A stretch of 64,000 nt of DNA from Emiliania huxleyi CCMP1516 (GCF_000372725.1 NW_005201613.1:92290-156289), one strand, 5' to 3'; numbered from the stretch's first letter, positions 40,452 to 55,959 are shown. Numbers and translations: made by a program. The notes: generated by a model from the letters alone, not told the origin.

Positions 40452-42583
40452 ATGGCGGCGGTCTCGTTTCGCCGCTCCAGCGATGGGAGTAGCGCGGGTG
40501 AGCCCGGCGACCTCGTCTCTACCGAGTGCGAGGTGCGCGTGCTCAGAACCAAGTTTGCGGGCGCGTCCTCGCTCCTTGCGGATCAGGAGGCGGCGATCGA
40601 GGCGTGCGAAGCCGCGCTTCGGGTGCAGGCTCAAGCGCTCAGCGCCGTGCCCGCGCAGATCGCGCGAGAGCGCGGGCTCGCCGCCGCCGCGTCGGTGCGA
40701 GCCGCTGAGGCGCTGGAGCGGGTGGCGGTGCTGGAGGCGTCGCTCGAGGAGCGATTGCGCGCAGAGCGCTCCCGTGCGGAGGCTGCCAGCGATGCGGAGG
40801 CTGCCGCCACCCGCCGCGCAGAGGCCTCTGGGGCGGCACTATCGGCGCAGGCGCAGCAGTTTTGCGACGAGAAGCGAATTGCGGCCGCGGAGGCGGAACG
40901 CGCGCTCCTCTCTGCTGTCGCTGAGGCGAGGCGCAGCGCCGAGGAGGAGCGCGAGGGGGCGCTCGAGGCGGTGGAGGCGGCGGCGGCGGCGGAGCGGGCG
41001 GCGGCGGCGGCGGCGCTCGCTGAGCAAGGCTCCGTCATAGAAGCCCTCCGGACAGAGGCGGCGTGGCTGACCAGCGCGCTCCGGGAGAGCAAGGAGGCGA
41101 GGGAGGAGGCGCGCGAGGCGGCGCTGGCGGAGGGGGCGGCCGAGGCGGCGGGGCTGCAGGCGGCCCTCGAAGCGTCGCGCTCCGAGGTGGAGCGGGCTCG
41201 GGCAGCCCAACGCGAGGCGTGTACTCGCCTGGCCGACGAGGTGAGTGAGCGCGAGGATCTCGAGGCGCCGCCCGCGCTCTCTCTGCTCTCCGGATTCGGC
41301 TGCCGCTGCCCCTGACAGCCGGTTGGCGCGTGACGCAGGCGCGGCTGATCGCGCTACAGCAGGACGAACGGCTCCGCGCCGACGCCTCCGCCGCCGAGCG
41401 GGAGCTGCGCGCGCTGCGCAAGGCGATGAGCGAGGCTGAGGCCGAAGCGGCGGAGGCCAGACAGCGCGCGCGGGAGGAGGTGGAGGCGAGGCGGCGTGGG
41501 GAGGCGCGGCTGGCTGAGCTGTCTATGACACAGCCATGACACGCCCAGGAACACGTCCGTTGCATCTGCGCACAGGCGCGGCTGGCCGAGCTGGCGGCGG
41601 AGCTCGAGCTCTCCACCTCGGCGGCAGAGGCTGAGGTGCTCGAGCTGCGTGCGGAGGTGGAGCGGAAGGCGTCGCTCATCGAGCTGTACCAGTCGCGCGA
41701 CAACCCGCGCGAGCGCTTCTCGCCGTGCGTGGGCGAGATCAAGGCCGTCCAGCGCCGCCTCTCGGCGGAGGCGGTCGAGGCGGCGGGCGAGCTCCAGGCG
41801 GCCAGGGCGGCGCTCGAGGACTCGGAGGAGCGCGCCGCCTCGCGGCGCGCAGAGCTCGAGGCACGTCTCGAGTCCGCCCGGCAAGACGCGTTCCACGCGC
41901 AGACGCAGGGCCAGGCAGCCCGCCCCAGCCCGCCCCAGCAAAGCGTCGGCTGCGTGCGGCGCCGTGAGGGGGGCAGGGGGCGTCTGGAAGCGGGGGGCGA
42001 GAGGGGAAGGAGGGTTGGGAGGGCGAGGCATTGCCCCGTACTTCGCCCCCCCTCGCGGCTGCCACCGCTTCTCCCGCCAACCGCGCTCGCCGCTCGCCCC
42101 GGTGCAGGCGAAGGAGCGGGAGCTGCGTTGCGCCCTCTCGCAGCTCGGCCAGCTGCGGCAGTGGCGAGCGAGCAGTGAGAAACGGCTCGACGCCCTCTCC
42201 GCCGAGTGCGCGCAGAGCCGCGCAGAGGCGGAGAATGCCGCCTCGCAACTCGCGGCGGCGCAGCGCGAGGTCGCGGAGATGCGGCGGTCACGCGGTGCTG
42301 GTGCCAGCGGCGGCAGCGGCGGCAGCGGCGGCAGCGGCGGCAGCCCCCCGGCGGCGTCCCCGCCTTCGAGGGAGAGGGCGGGGTCTCCACCCCGCGGGTC
42401 GCCCCCCGGACGTCCGCAGACGCCGCCCTCGATCGGCCACCAGAACCCGAAGCAACGCATCCGGTACACCGAGCGGATCAAGCGGGAGGCAGAGGCCGTC
42501 CGGCGGGAGAGGTGCGCGCGACTCCCTCGCTCCACCCCTCTATTTGACTCCAAGCTAGTCGACTCCACCGCGCGGTAGAAGTA

Positions 42584-42632
<49 letters not shown>

Positions 42633-43444
42633 TCACTCACTCACTCACTCACTCACTCACTCACTCACTCACTCACTCACTCACTCTCACTTGCCGCCTC
42701 GCATCACTTCAATCCACTCCACTCGCCCCCACCGCCTCCCGCTCCAGGGACGCGCTGAGTGACCAGCTCGCCGCGGCAAACGCCAATGCCGCGCGCCTCC
42801 AGTCACAGCTCGCGGGCCTCTGTTCGCTCGGCCTTTCTGCCTCGCCCGCCGCAGCCTCACCCGCCGCAGCCTCCGCCCACCGCCTCACCCCTGGCGCCGC
42901 TGCGGCACGCCCCGCACGCCGCACGCCGCCGCCGGCTCGGGCGGCGGTGCAGCCCGCGCCGAAGACGCTCTCCGGTGCCGCGGTGCCGGCTGCTGCGGCT
43001 CTTGGGGACTTCTCTGCGGCGACGGGGGCGGAGGCGCTCCGTGCGGACGGCACGCCGCCTGAGCACGGCGACGCGCTGCTCCTCTCGCTGCGCGAGGCGT
43101 CGCAGCCGCCGCACTCGCCCACGCAGCCGCTGCCGTCGGAGCCGTCCGCGTGGCGTTGGGAGCCGGCATCTCGCGAGAACACGGGGCCCGACCCCGCTCC
43201 GGAGTCGAGGCCGCGCGGGCCCCGCCGCCTCTCCTCGCGGTCTCCGTCGGTCGCTCGCGCGGCCGTTGCGGCGAGCAAGCCGCGCAGCTCCCTCGGGGGC
43301 GCAGAGCAGAGGCCTGGTGGCTGCGCGGGGGGCGACGGGGAGATCGACAAGGAGAATGGCGCTGCCGCCGTCTCGGGCGGCCGGCCGCCACAAACGCCAC
43401 CGCCGCCGCTCCTCCGCAGCCTCTCCGCGAGCCTCGTCTTCTAG
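40452..43444 (+). CDS. Long coiled-coil protein (multi-exon)
   Basis: Successive Ala/Glu/Arg heptad-rich ORFs joined by short introns (e.g. 41241-41338, 41504-41575). No family recognised. Confidence 0.65.
42586..42686. repeat. Compound microsatellite (CA)n(TCAC)n, likely intronic
   Basis: Directly visible. Confidence 0.97.
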
Positions 43445-44110
43445 CTCGCCGCGCCCGAGCATGGCGAGGGTTTGGGGTGGGAGTCAGTCTGGAAAGGAAA
43501 TGGGTGCGGCCGCCGGATGACCGCAATCCGCGGTTCACAGGGAGCGTGTCTTGCTTGGGCGAGACGCACCCCAGGCTCAGAGACCGGTTAGAATGGAGGG
43601 GGGCGGTTAGAATGGGGGGGAGCGTGCGCCGTGCGCGTGGAACCGTGGTGGCTGGTCCTGTGCCGCTCCTGCGTCCTGCTCGAGCCGCGACGCGCGAGGG
43701 CGAGCTCGGAGCTGCGACCGCTCGCTTGGCGATGGGGTGCATATGGCTCTATGCAGATTTTATGAAAGTCGTGAAACCCGAACGCGAACCGCAACCGCCG
43801 ATTAGAATTTACAACAGTACTCTCTCGCACAAACGGGGTATCATGCAAAGTGTACAAGTGTTGTGCGAGCGGGATGCGACGCCAACATACGGCAAGCCAA
43901 AACTGACACCTAACATACCCCGCTTCGACCCACCGCGCGCAGACAGCCTAGCGGCCAGGCTCATCCGCGCCACGCTCGCGATAGAGAGGCGCGGGTTGGG
44001 GACGGGGGGCGAGCAAGAGGAAAATCGCGGCCTCCGCAGGAGAGGCCTCTGAGCGCTTATCGCTCAGCGCCGATCGCCCAGAGCTCGCAGCATACCGGGA
44101 CGACGACATC

Positions 44111-46448
44111 TTAGACCACCTCGGGCTTGTCCTTCTGCGCCTCGGCCGCCTTTGAGTAGTCCATCAGGTTGGGGCGGCGGTAGTTGGCGGGGGGATTGAC
44201 AATTTGTTTGAGAAGGAGGGGGGGGGGGGGGGGTGAGGGGGGGCGACCTTGCGCGTGGTGCGCAGGTGCGTGTGTCTCTTGCGCGTCTCGCGAGGGCGTG
44301 CGCCTGCGGGTCGTACTTGATGGCGCCCTTCTTGAAGAGCATCGAGCCGTGCTCGGGGAAGTGGACGCCAAACAGGAGCAGCGTGACGCCGATGATCATG
44401 ATACCGAGGTTGACGATGCCGTCGTCGGTGCGGTAGCGGCCCTTGAAGAAGGTCCAGGTGGCGATGACAGAGCCGAGGTTGCCGCCGGCGCCCACCATGC
44501 CCGAGACGATGCCCAGCGCGGGGCGCGAGACGTAGGGCACGATGCCGAAGTGGAGGCCCTCCGCCATCTGCACGAAGACGGAGAAGATGATGACGATGAT
44601 GACGGCGATGCCAAANNNNNNNNNNNNNNNNNNNNNNNNNNNNNNNNNNNNNNNNNNNNNNNNNNNNNNNNNNNNNNNNNNNNNNNNNNNNNNNNNNNNN
44701 NNNNNNNNNNNNNNNGTGGGGGTGGGTTCACCCGTTGCCAACGAGCGGGGTCCAGCCCCACGAGGTGTTGAGGGCGACGCGCCACTCGTCCTTGGGAATC
44801 TCCACGAAGGCGGGGTACTTGGGTCCGGTCGACGGGTACGGGGCGGACATGTCGGCGGTGACGGAGCCGAGGATGCAGCACATGACGCCCTCGATGGTCT
44901 GGATGATCCAGCACGACCAGAGGCGGCCGCGCATGCCGAAGCGGGCGTTGCAGAAGTCGGAAAGGAGGCCGCCGAGCGACCTGTGGGGGCGGCGGGGCTT
45001 TAGCAAGAAGGCTCGCGGCGGGGGGGGTGGGGGGCGCGCACCGCGCGAAGATATTCATGAGGCCGAACATGGAGGCGGCGATGCCGGCGAGCTGCGGGGT
45101 GACGCCCTGGTAGTTGTAGAAGAATCCGGCGGCCACGTTGTTCATCGTGAGCTCGACGCCGAAGCAGAAGCCGTACGTGAGCGTGAGGAGCCAGGCGTTG
45201 ATGTTGGTGACGCCGGTGACGAGGACCACCTTGGAGTCGGTCTTCTGCTTGGCGCCCGACTTCTCGAGCTCGGCGTAGTTGCCGTCGGGCAGGTCGCGCG
45301 CGGTGAAGACGGCGGCCGCGCCGACCACGTGGAGGACGAGCGGCACCTGCAGACGGTGCAGCGCTGCGGCTGAGCCCTCATCGGCGGCGCGAAAGGGAGA
45401 GAGGGGGTGCGGGCCGGGGGGGGGGGGCGCACGATGTAGCAGAGGCGCCACGCTTTGTTGACGTCGTCGTTGGCGAAGGACATCATGATGAGGAAGATGT
45501 ACGGCATCGTCAGGTTGGTGACGCCGCCGCCGAGGTTGCCCCAGCCGGCCGCAGTCGCGTTGGCCATGCCGACGACGCTCTTGGAGAATTGCTGCGAGCA
45601 CCAGGTCTGGCAGGCGACGAAGGTGGCGAGGCCCCAGCCGATGACACAACGGGCGGCGATGAATCCGCCGGCGTTGACGATCACGCCCGGGATGATGAAG
45701 CAGATGATGGGCGGGGTGACGAGGAGGAGGAGGGTGCCGAGGCCGCGCCGCGCACCAACCTTGTCGCAGATGTAGCCCATGGCGAGGCGGAAGAAGATGG
45801 TGCCGGCGACGGCGGCGATGCCGGCGTTGCCCTTGTCCTCGGCGGTGAGATTGAGGTCGGGGCCGATGTAGGCGATGAGCGCCGCCGCGGCGAAGGTCGA
45901 GAAGAAGGAGGAGAAGAAGCCAAACCTGCGGGCGGCGGCGGCGGCGGGAGTGTGCAGGGAGCCGGAGGGGGCGGGGCGGGGCGGGGGGGGGTCGGCGCGT
46001 GCGGCACGCCGTGTGGCGCGCGCGGCGCGTGCGGCGCGTGGGGCGTGGGGCGTTGGGGCGTTGGGGCGTTGGGGCGTTGGGGCGTGTGGGCGAGCAGGGT
46101 TTTGGGCGCGGGGCGCGCGCGCACCACGAGGTGTGGAAGGCGCGCATGTGCGGGTTGGAGAAGTTGCAAAAGATCTGGGTCAGGCCGAGTTTTTTGGCTT
46201 TGTGCTCGTCGTCGACGGGGAGCGAGAACTTGCGGCCAAAGATGTCGGTGACGCCGCGCGAGTTGAGGCCCTGCGACTCGAGCGTCTCGTGCCTGAGCGC
46301 GCAGAGTGCCGGCGGAGGTCGGGAAGGGTGTGGAGGGGCAGCGACCGGGTGGCGCGCGGCGGGGCGTGCGCGGGGGGCGGGCGGGGCAGGGCGGCGGCGC
46401 GCACAGGGTGGCGATCTCGGCCTCAATCGACTCAAGAGTAGCTGGCAT
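44111..46448 (-). CDS. NRT2: High-affinity nitrate transporter (NNP/MFS family), multi-exon, spans an assembly gap
   Basis: PHMRAFHTSW; GLATFVACQTWCSQQF..VGMANATAAGWGNLGGG; YGFCFGVELTMNN; FGLMNIFARSLGG; RFGMRGRLW; AEGLHFGIVPYVSRPALGIVSGMVGAGGNLG. Confidence 0.96.
44616..44715. other. Assembly gap (100 N)
   Basis: Run of N. Confidence 0.99.
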
Positions 46449-46867
46449 GTTGGCACTTTCTGCGGGCGCCGGACGGGGCGGAGAGGTGCGGGGTGAGAGC
46501 TTCTCGCGGGCGGGGCGACGGCGGCCGCAGCGCGCGTGCGCGGGCGGGGCGGGGCCGCGGCACGGGGCGCGGGGCAGGGGCGGGCGGGGCGCACAAGGCG
46601 ATCAACAAAGCGTAGCAAAGGTAGGCGGATCGTGAGGGGAACGCCTGCAGCTCCAAAGCCGAGGTTGCCTAGTTCCCCTCAGCTCTGGTACCCCCTCGGC
46701 CCGATGTGCTGTGGGACGCCATATGTCTTTCTTTCTGCCCTTCCGGAGCTCCACCTCTCAGCAGAGACGCCATGTGTCCCCCTTGTGTGGGACGCCAATG
46801 AGGGCGTGTTGCGCGTCGACGGAGAGGCAGACAAACCTGTAGCTACGAGGTCGCCTCGGCCTTAGAG

Positions 46868-47039
46868 CCTACTGTCTGAATACGTTTTCCACGTATTCCA
46901 AATGACCTCCCAGAGGCCTGTATTCCACCCGTATTCCACCCGTATTCCACGTATTCCATGGAATACGCCGTATTCCAAGCTCCAAAAATGGACGTATTCC
47001 GTATAAAATTTTCTTCGCTCCGCGAATTCAGACAGTAGG
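46868..47039. mobile_element. MITE (172 bp) upstream of NRT2
   Basis: 14-bp TIR CCTACTGTCTGAAT / ATTCAGACAGTAGG; 8-bp TSD CCTTAGAG (46860-46867, 47040-47047); repeated internal GTATTCC motifs. Confidence 0.88.
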
Positions 47040-47479
47040 CCTTAGAGACGCGGTTCGCTTTCTCCCGCTTCGACGCGGCCCCCGCCAAGGTGTCGTCGCA
47101 TCTCGCTGGCGTCCCGGCCGCGGCCGCCGAGGCCTCGGCCGTGGACGTTGGCGGCGGGGCAGGGGGAGTGGAAGCAGCTGCCGTGGCCAGCGGCGCCTGT
47201 CCGAGGACTGCCGCGAGGAGTGCACAAACCCATCATCCGCGACGATGCTGGCCGAATTGTGGGCAAAACGATTTACAGCCCAAGTTATTTGAGCCACTGC
47301 TACCGGGTCAAGGTAGGCGATATGATCGATTCGATTGCGGGCCAAGATGGGGATGTTGACTGCCATTGCAGCACTTCATCAGGCTGGCCTGAAAACAGCG
47401 GTGGAGTGGCCCACTACAACAATGGTCCTCCGTGCGGACACTTCGCCAACTAACGGCAGTTCTCAGGGTACACTGGTGG

Positions 47480-47569
47480 GACCGGCTCCGGATGCACAAA
47501 CCCCACTGTTCGGAGAGGTCTTAGGGTACACACGACCGGCTCCGGATGCACAAACCCCACTGTTCGGAG
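47480..47569. repeat. 36-bp direct repeat x2 (54-bp period)
   Basis: gaccggctccggatgcacaaaccccactgttcggag occurs twice. Confidence 0.9.
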
Positions 47570-48445
47570 TTCTACGCTTACCCTCAATGTCCTCTCGGCC
47601 AGTAGTGGGGGTCTCCAAATCGCCGTCGTCGAGGATCCAACGTGTGCGTAAAGCATCACCATTTTCAGGTTCCGTTGAGGATTTCGGCCTTGCGTCGTGC
47701 ACTGCATGAAGAGTGGCGGCAACGCCAACGGCGTTGCGTTTCACGCCGCGGAGCTGCCGGAGCTCTTGTCCCCCCTTCGAGCTCTCAGCAGAGACGCCGA
47801 GATATCCCCCCCCCTCCTGTGTGGGACGCCGTATATACAGTAGTTCATGAGTGTGTGTGCTCTGCCTCACACGCTGCGCCTCATCCGGATATGTGACCAC
47901 TCCTCTTTTTGCCAGTCAGCCCAGTAACGATGGTAGACCGCTCGTCCCTAGCCGATCAGCCTTTTATTATATAAGCGCGAGCGGTCTGGCCGTTGCCAAT
48001 GGCCGCAAATCAATGGTCGTGGATTCGCGTCCTCGCCGCCAGCACAGGTGGTAAATGCGGGCGGACCCTCCCAGATCACAGATCACTGCGGGGTAGGAGA
48101 GATAGCTTTGTGATTGTGAACGACATCGCCACGGCGGACGCTCCCTTGCCCGCTCTCGATTTCTGTGTCATAGCTCTCGGTGACAACTCGTTGGGGCCCG
48201 GGTTGTGTTCTTTAGAGAGAGACAGAGAGAGAGAGATTTAGCAATACCAAACACATCTTCAGACACATATACACATCTACAAGAAATGTGGCACACACAG
48301 TTCTCTCTTCTTCAAGGCTGTGAACGCGGGACATCGAACAAGTGGTCCATACGCTGAGCGCAATGTTCAAGGCCTGTGGGTACTGGGTAGTCTCCCCCCA
48401 TTCGCCATTCCCAGGGCCTCCAGGGCTCGCACCTCAACCTCATAG

Positions 48446-48563
48446 ACCAGCGCGCAGCGCCATACGAGGTATTTCCTTCTCAATAACAAGGTCTGTGAAC
48501 CTCTCACAGACCAGCGCACAGCGCCATAAGGCGTATTTTCTTCTCAATAACAAGGCTGTGAAC
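48446..48563. repeat. Diverged tandem duplication (~64-bp period)
   Basis: gaccagcgc-cagcgccata...ttctcaataacaagg(t)ctgtgaac occurs twice. Confidence 0.8.
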
Positions 48564-48596
48564 GGCGCCGTACCGCCATAAGGAAAGGTCGACACG

Positions 48597-49091
48597 ATGA
48601 GATCATTCGGTAGGCTCCACGAACCGGAGGCCGCACCCGACGGCGGCAGCCAAAGCCGCCTTCGCCGCGAGCGCGACGCGGCGCTGGCCGAGCTGGCGCA
48701 GGCGAGGCGCAAGGTCACCTCGCTCCAAGCGGAGCTGACCAAGACGCTGCGGGCGCTCATGGCTGCCGGCCCGGAACACGGCCAGGCGGCTGCTCGCGCC
48801 GCGGCGACCGTGGTGCCCGCAGAGGCGAAGACAGAGATTGTGGAGCGCTTGGCCGAGCGCGAGCGGCTCGAGAGGGCGGCGGCCGCAGAGGCGGCGGCAT
48901 CAGACGCGTATGCGGCGGCCGCCGCGGCCAGCGTCTCGCCGTCAGAGCCGTCGTCTCGAAGGCGTGGCTTCGCGAGCTGCATCGTGCCCTGCTTGCTGGG
49001 CGTGCTCCTGGGTGTGTGTTTGACGCTTAGCGCCAGCTTGCTGCTGCCGAGATCATCGTGGCCTCCTGCATGGACCATGGACGGGACCTGA
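48597..49091 (+). CDS. Small coiled-coil protein with C-terminal TM (tail-anchored-like)
   Basis: 164-aa ORF; heptad segment RERDAALAELAQARRKVTSLQAEL; hydrophobic CIVPCLLGVLLGVCLTLSASLLL. Confidence 0.6.
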   Translation: MRSFGRLHEPEAAPDGGSQSRLRRERDAALAELAQARRKVTSLQAELTKTLRALMAAGPEHGQAAARAAATVVPAEAKTEIVERLAERERLERAAAAEAAASDAYAAAAAASVSPSEPSSRRRGFASCIVPCLLGVLLGVCLTLSASLLLPRSSWPPAWTMDGT

Positions 49092-49349
49092 ACGCGCGCG
49101 TTTTGCTCTTGCGTCCGCTTCAGGGGTTGACACATGCGCAAAGTGGGTGTGCTTGGGAGACTCTTTGAGCGCCCGGACGCCGGAGAACAGCGTCGGCGTG
49201 GAGCCAGCGTGGAGGCTGGATCGGGGGCCGGCGAGACGCGCACACCGCCCCCGCCGGCGCGCCGCTGTGTGCCTGTGGCCCGTGTGGGCTGTCGTGTGTG
49301 TGTCGTATCTCGGAATTCTTTTGGTTTTGCATGCAAGAAGGAAAGCGGC

Positions 49350-50710
49350 TCAGTCGCCTCGCCGCACTACCGAGGCGCCCGTGGAGTACACCCGCCGCTG
49401 CACGGGGAGGTGGCGGCCTGCCTCCGCCGCGGCGAGCGCCTCGCGCTGCGCCGGCGCGAGGGACGGGCGGACGTGCTTCTCGAGGTCGACCTCCGGGTGC
49501 CACAAGTCGCAGATGAGGACGACGCGGTCGGTGTCACCGCTGTGCCACACCTGCCGAGGGGCGGGGGTCGCCCGCTCGCCGCTGCCTGCTAAAGGGTGTC
49601 GGAGGGGCAGGGGCGAGGAGGCGCGTGCACGGGCACGGGGGCGGGGCGGGAGGGAGCGCGCCGCGCCTCGTGCTCGTACGAGTCGTCGAAGACGAGGCAC
49701 TCGCCCGCGCGCCACTCGCGCACCTCCTCGCCCACGCGGATGCGCGCGCCGGCCGGGACCACCAGGCCCAGGTGGCAGCGCAGCCGGTAGTTGGACGGGC
49801 CGCAGTGCGCCTCGAGGTGCGTCCCCGCCGCCAGCCGCGAGAAGAAGTGCGAGCCGTGCACGACGCTGTTGAGGCGCGGCTGCGCCGCGATGGCCGCGGC
49901 GGTGCGCGGGCAGGCGGCGCAGTGCTCCGCGTCCGCACGGCACCCGCCGAAGAGCTGCACGTCGGACCACGCGCCGCCGGCCGCCACCACCCTCGACCGG
50001 TACGGCGCAAACGCACCGCCGCGCCGCGCGAGCAGCGCGTTGCACTCGGCGAGGATGGCGGGGAAGGCGCGCTGCAGCGCCGCAGCCTCGGGGAGCTCGG
50101 ACGCCTCCCAGAAGGGACGCGCCGTCAGCGAGCGCGCGTAGTGCTCCAGCGGCCGCTGCAGTGTAGACCGCCACAGCCCGCGCTCCATCGCCAGCTGGTA
50201 GACTCGCCGCTCCTCGGCGCGCCCTCCGAGCCGCGCCGCGGCCGCGCCCCAGTGCGTGTACACCTCCCGCTCGAAGAGGCGAGCCCGCGCGTCGTCGGCG
50301 AGGACGGGGTGCTCGGCGGCGGCCGCGGCTCGCGACGCCCCGCCCGCTGCAAAGGCGTGAGAGAGCGCGCGAAAGATGCGCACGGCGTCCGCCTCGCGCC
50401 GCAGCATCGAGCAGGCCTGGCCGAGCTCGAGCAGCAGGTGCCTCGAGGCGCAAGCCGCGAGGCGCTCGTCAACGCTCGCGACGCCGGCCTCGCCCGGCGT
50501 GAGCAGGCCATACGCGATCGCCTCGGAGGGCGCCGCCGAGCCCATCGCCGCCTCGTGCGGCGCCATCTGCTGGCGCGCGAGCGCTCGCGCCCGAGCCAGG
50601 ACGGCGGGCTGGTCGGCGAGCCGGGTCAGAACCCACTCGAGGACCTCCGGCAGCGGCTCGGCCGCCGCGTCGGTGCCGGCTCGTGGCTGGTGGCTCCTCC
50701 TCTCCCACAC
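49350..50710 (-). CDS. Aspartyl/asparaginyl beta-hydroxylase-domain protein (2OG-Fe(II) oxygenase); start uncertain
   Basis: FSRLAAGTHLEAHCGPSNYRLRCHLGL..WRAGECLVFDDSYEHE|VWH..RVVLICDLWHP. GC-AG intron 49551-49666. Confidence 0.92.
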
Positions 50711-51127
50711 CGGCGGGCGCGGCTGCGATGTCGGCTGCGGAGTGCGAAGCCGCCACGATGTCCGCTCGAGAGAGTGAGAGACGATGGCGGCCGCCGTAGT
50801 TGGTCAGATGTTTTTTTTTCTCTTTTGAGACATAGGAAGTGGTAGACGCCCGAGGGTGGGCGGCGGCTAGCACCACACTCCTCTCCTTAAAATCCCTGTC
50901 GCGGCGTGCCGTCCTCCCATCCCTGCCTTGGACTTTGATTTTTTTTCTTTTCTCGGGTGCGCAGACCATACGTGCTTTTCGCTGCGCATGCTCGAGCCGC
51001 CGGCGAGAGTGTGCTGTGAATAGCGGGCGAGGTCTGTTCTGAGAAAACCACCCCCACGCTTCGCCGCAGCCAGCCCGCCCCCAGCTATTGCATAGACCGT
51101 TGGACTCACGTACACCCGACAGCTAAT

Positions 51128-51987
51128 ATGCTGCTCGTTGTGACCCTAGCCGTGGCGCTCGCGCCCGGCAGCGTGGTGCTCCCGCCGAGCCGCGGCGCGC
51201 TCCCGCTCAGCCGCGGCGCAGCCCGCGGCTGCCGCTGCGCAAAGCCGCCGGCAGAGATGGCTGGCTTCGGAGCGCCAAAGAAGGCCCCTCCGACGCTGGA
51301 GGAGGTCGTCCGTGGCTTCGGAAACCGCCTTCCCAAGGACTTTGACAAGCCCTGCGCGTGTGGCTCGGGCGTTGCGTACGCCAATTGCTGCCGGCCGTAT
51401 CACGCCGGAGAGGCACGAGCCGAAACAGCGACGAGATGCCTGCAGGCCCGCTGGAGCGCCTTTGCCTACCGGCTGCCGCTCTACATAATGGAGAGCACGG
51501 ACCAGTCGAACCCGGACCACATGAAGGACCGCATCAAATGGGCCAAGAAGCTCCACAAGACGTCGATGTTTGACAATTTCGACTTTGCTCTTTCGAGTCT
51601 CGGTGTGGGAGAGGAGGAGCCAGGCGAGGACGGCGGCGAGGTTTGGATGGACAACGAGTTCCACCTCGCCACCAAGAACTCGGCTGCGCCCGCGGTGGTC
51701 ACCTACGAGCGGACCCGCTTCGTGCGGCGCGGCGACGAGTGGCGGTTCGCGAGCGGCGCCGTCTCATCCGAGGTGATGACGCTATTACCCTCACCGCACT
51801 CCCCCTCTCCTCCACACACACCCAGCACCTCTCCAAACCTGTCAGTTGGGGCCGATACTTGAGCGCGAAGTTCCCTTTTTCCTAGGCACCTGGTCTTCGA
51901 GGCCGCGAGGCGATGAGCACGGAGGGGGCGCTCGCTTCGTTAAAGAAGGACGTCGAGTATGCCAAGCGATTGGTTCAGGGAAAGTGA
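51128..51987 (+). CDS. YchJ-like SEC-C/NTF2-fold protein, probably plastid-targeted
   Basis: CACGSGVAYANCCRPYH..ARWSAFAY..YIMEST..ERTRFVRRGDEWRF. Signal plus transit-like leader; intron 51773-51885. Confidence 0.88.
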
Positions 51988-53515
51988 TGAGCGGTATCGC
52001 CCCGGGTCGCGCGTTTTCGTCGCCGCTGTCCCCACTCCCCAGTTTTATGTCCGCGGCCCGTGCCCGTCCGCCTTCGCCGTCCGGTCACGACACTGTCTCT
52101 TCTCGGATTCCTGTATCCTGATGTTGCAGTTTTGTGGAGCTGAAGAGTGGCCGGCGGGCCATCTTTTGAAAGGCCTCGGGACGCGCGATGTACGCCCACT
52201 TTCGGCCGAGGCCCGAGCACACCGCTGTCGAGGACGAGCTCGAGGTGTACGAAGTCAAGAAAGAAGAAACAAGGTACAAGCTAACACAAGAACCGGGCTG
52301 CTCCTTATGCTTAGCGGGAGCAGCAGGGTCCAGGGACCCCACCCGAGGGACCATGTGGAAGACGGCTAGTGCTAGTCCCCCATCGGGAGGACGACCCCGG
52401 CTAGCCGCCGACCACACCCACAAAGAACCCTGCACAAAGATCGCAAGGGCGGGGACCTGTTCCTTTTTACCCATTCTCACAGTAGAGGTGTGCGTTTTAT
52501 TTATTTATTTATTTGCTCGGGCCTCCCGGTCCCGGCCTGTGCTGCGGCGGCGCGGCCGGTCGAGGCCGGGCTCGGCCCGGCCCGCGACGGCTGGCCGCCG
52601 AGACGAGCGCGCTCGCGCTGCTCGTCAAGATGGCGGCGGTGGCGATTGCGGCGACGGTCGTTCAGTCGTTCGGCGCTCAGGCGTCTGTCGTCTGTCGTCT
52701 GTTGTCGCATTTCGCACACGCGCGCGCCGCGCGACCCGCGTCGCTCAGCGAGGGCATGAGCCTTCCGCGATTCAATCCCGCAGCCAAAAGCTGCTCGCTC
52801 GAACCGCGGCCGACTCTGCCATCGCGGCCGCAGCTGTTGAGCTCTCCAGAAGACTGGTGCCTCATATGCTGCCTCCCTGCGGTTGCTGCCGGCGAGCCTG
52901 GCGGTCCGCTGTGCTACAAGGAAGTGTTGACTCGATTCTACCTCGAATTCTTCTACCCCCACGACTCGGAACGCGAATGTGACAGGACCATCGGGTCCTT
53001 CAGCCACCAAAGCGAGATCACCCGAAAGCAGCTGAGCCTGCCTCTGGCCTCGCCTCCCTCTCCTTCAGGCATTCGTGGCATCTCCTATGGGTCGTCCAGA
53101 GTATCGACCTCTGGCGAGTCAGCCAGCCCCACTTTGTGACTTTTGAGGGCGCCATGAAGTACATACAGCGATCGCCACCTCGCTGGCCTCTCCGCAGGCC
53201 CCCCCGACCGCGTCGAACTCCGATCGGCGCGGGCTCTCTCGGCTACGGGACCGGCCCCAGCTTCGGCTGAGGGCTGACAAGCTGCCGAGCCCAAATCGAT
53301 AGTCGTGGTTTCTTGTTGTTTTCCGCCTCCTACTCCCCGGCCTGGCTTTCTTCATTTCAGCCGCAGCGCGGTGTGCGGCAGTGATCTGTCGCCGCTGCCG
53401 TGATTAGCAGCAAGCCTGGGCACCGACAACCGAGATAAACATGCCTGGGCGGCGACGCCCCCCCGGCGGCCGGAAGGAAGAGCGGCCAGCAGTTCCAGCG
53501 GGCTACTATGGCTCA

Positions 53516-55959
<2,444 letters not shown>

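Noticed and set aside
44170..44240. NRT2 pseudogenisation (last intron acceptor reads AA, not AG)
   Set aside because: Adjacent to a long G homopolymer and near a contig gap, so base-call error is more likely; the rest of the gene is intact.
47148..47453. PDZ-like fragment (RVKVGDMIDSIAGQD)
   Set aside because: Too short and degenerate, with no supportable gene model.
52188..53139. ORFs between ychJ-like gene and PH-like gene
   Set aside because: No recognisable domain or consistent coding signal; probably repeat remnants.
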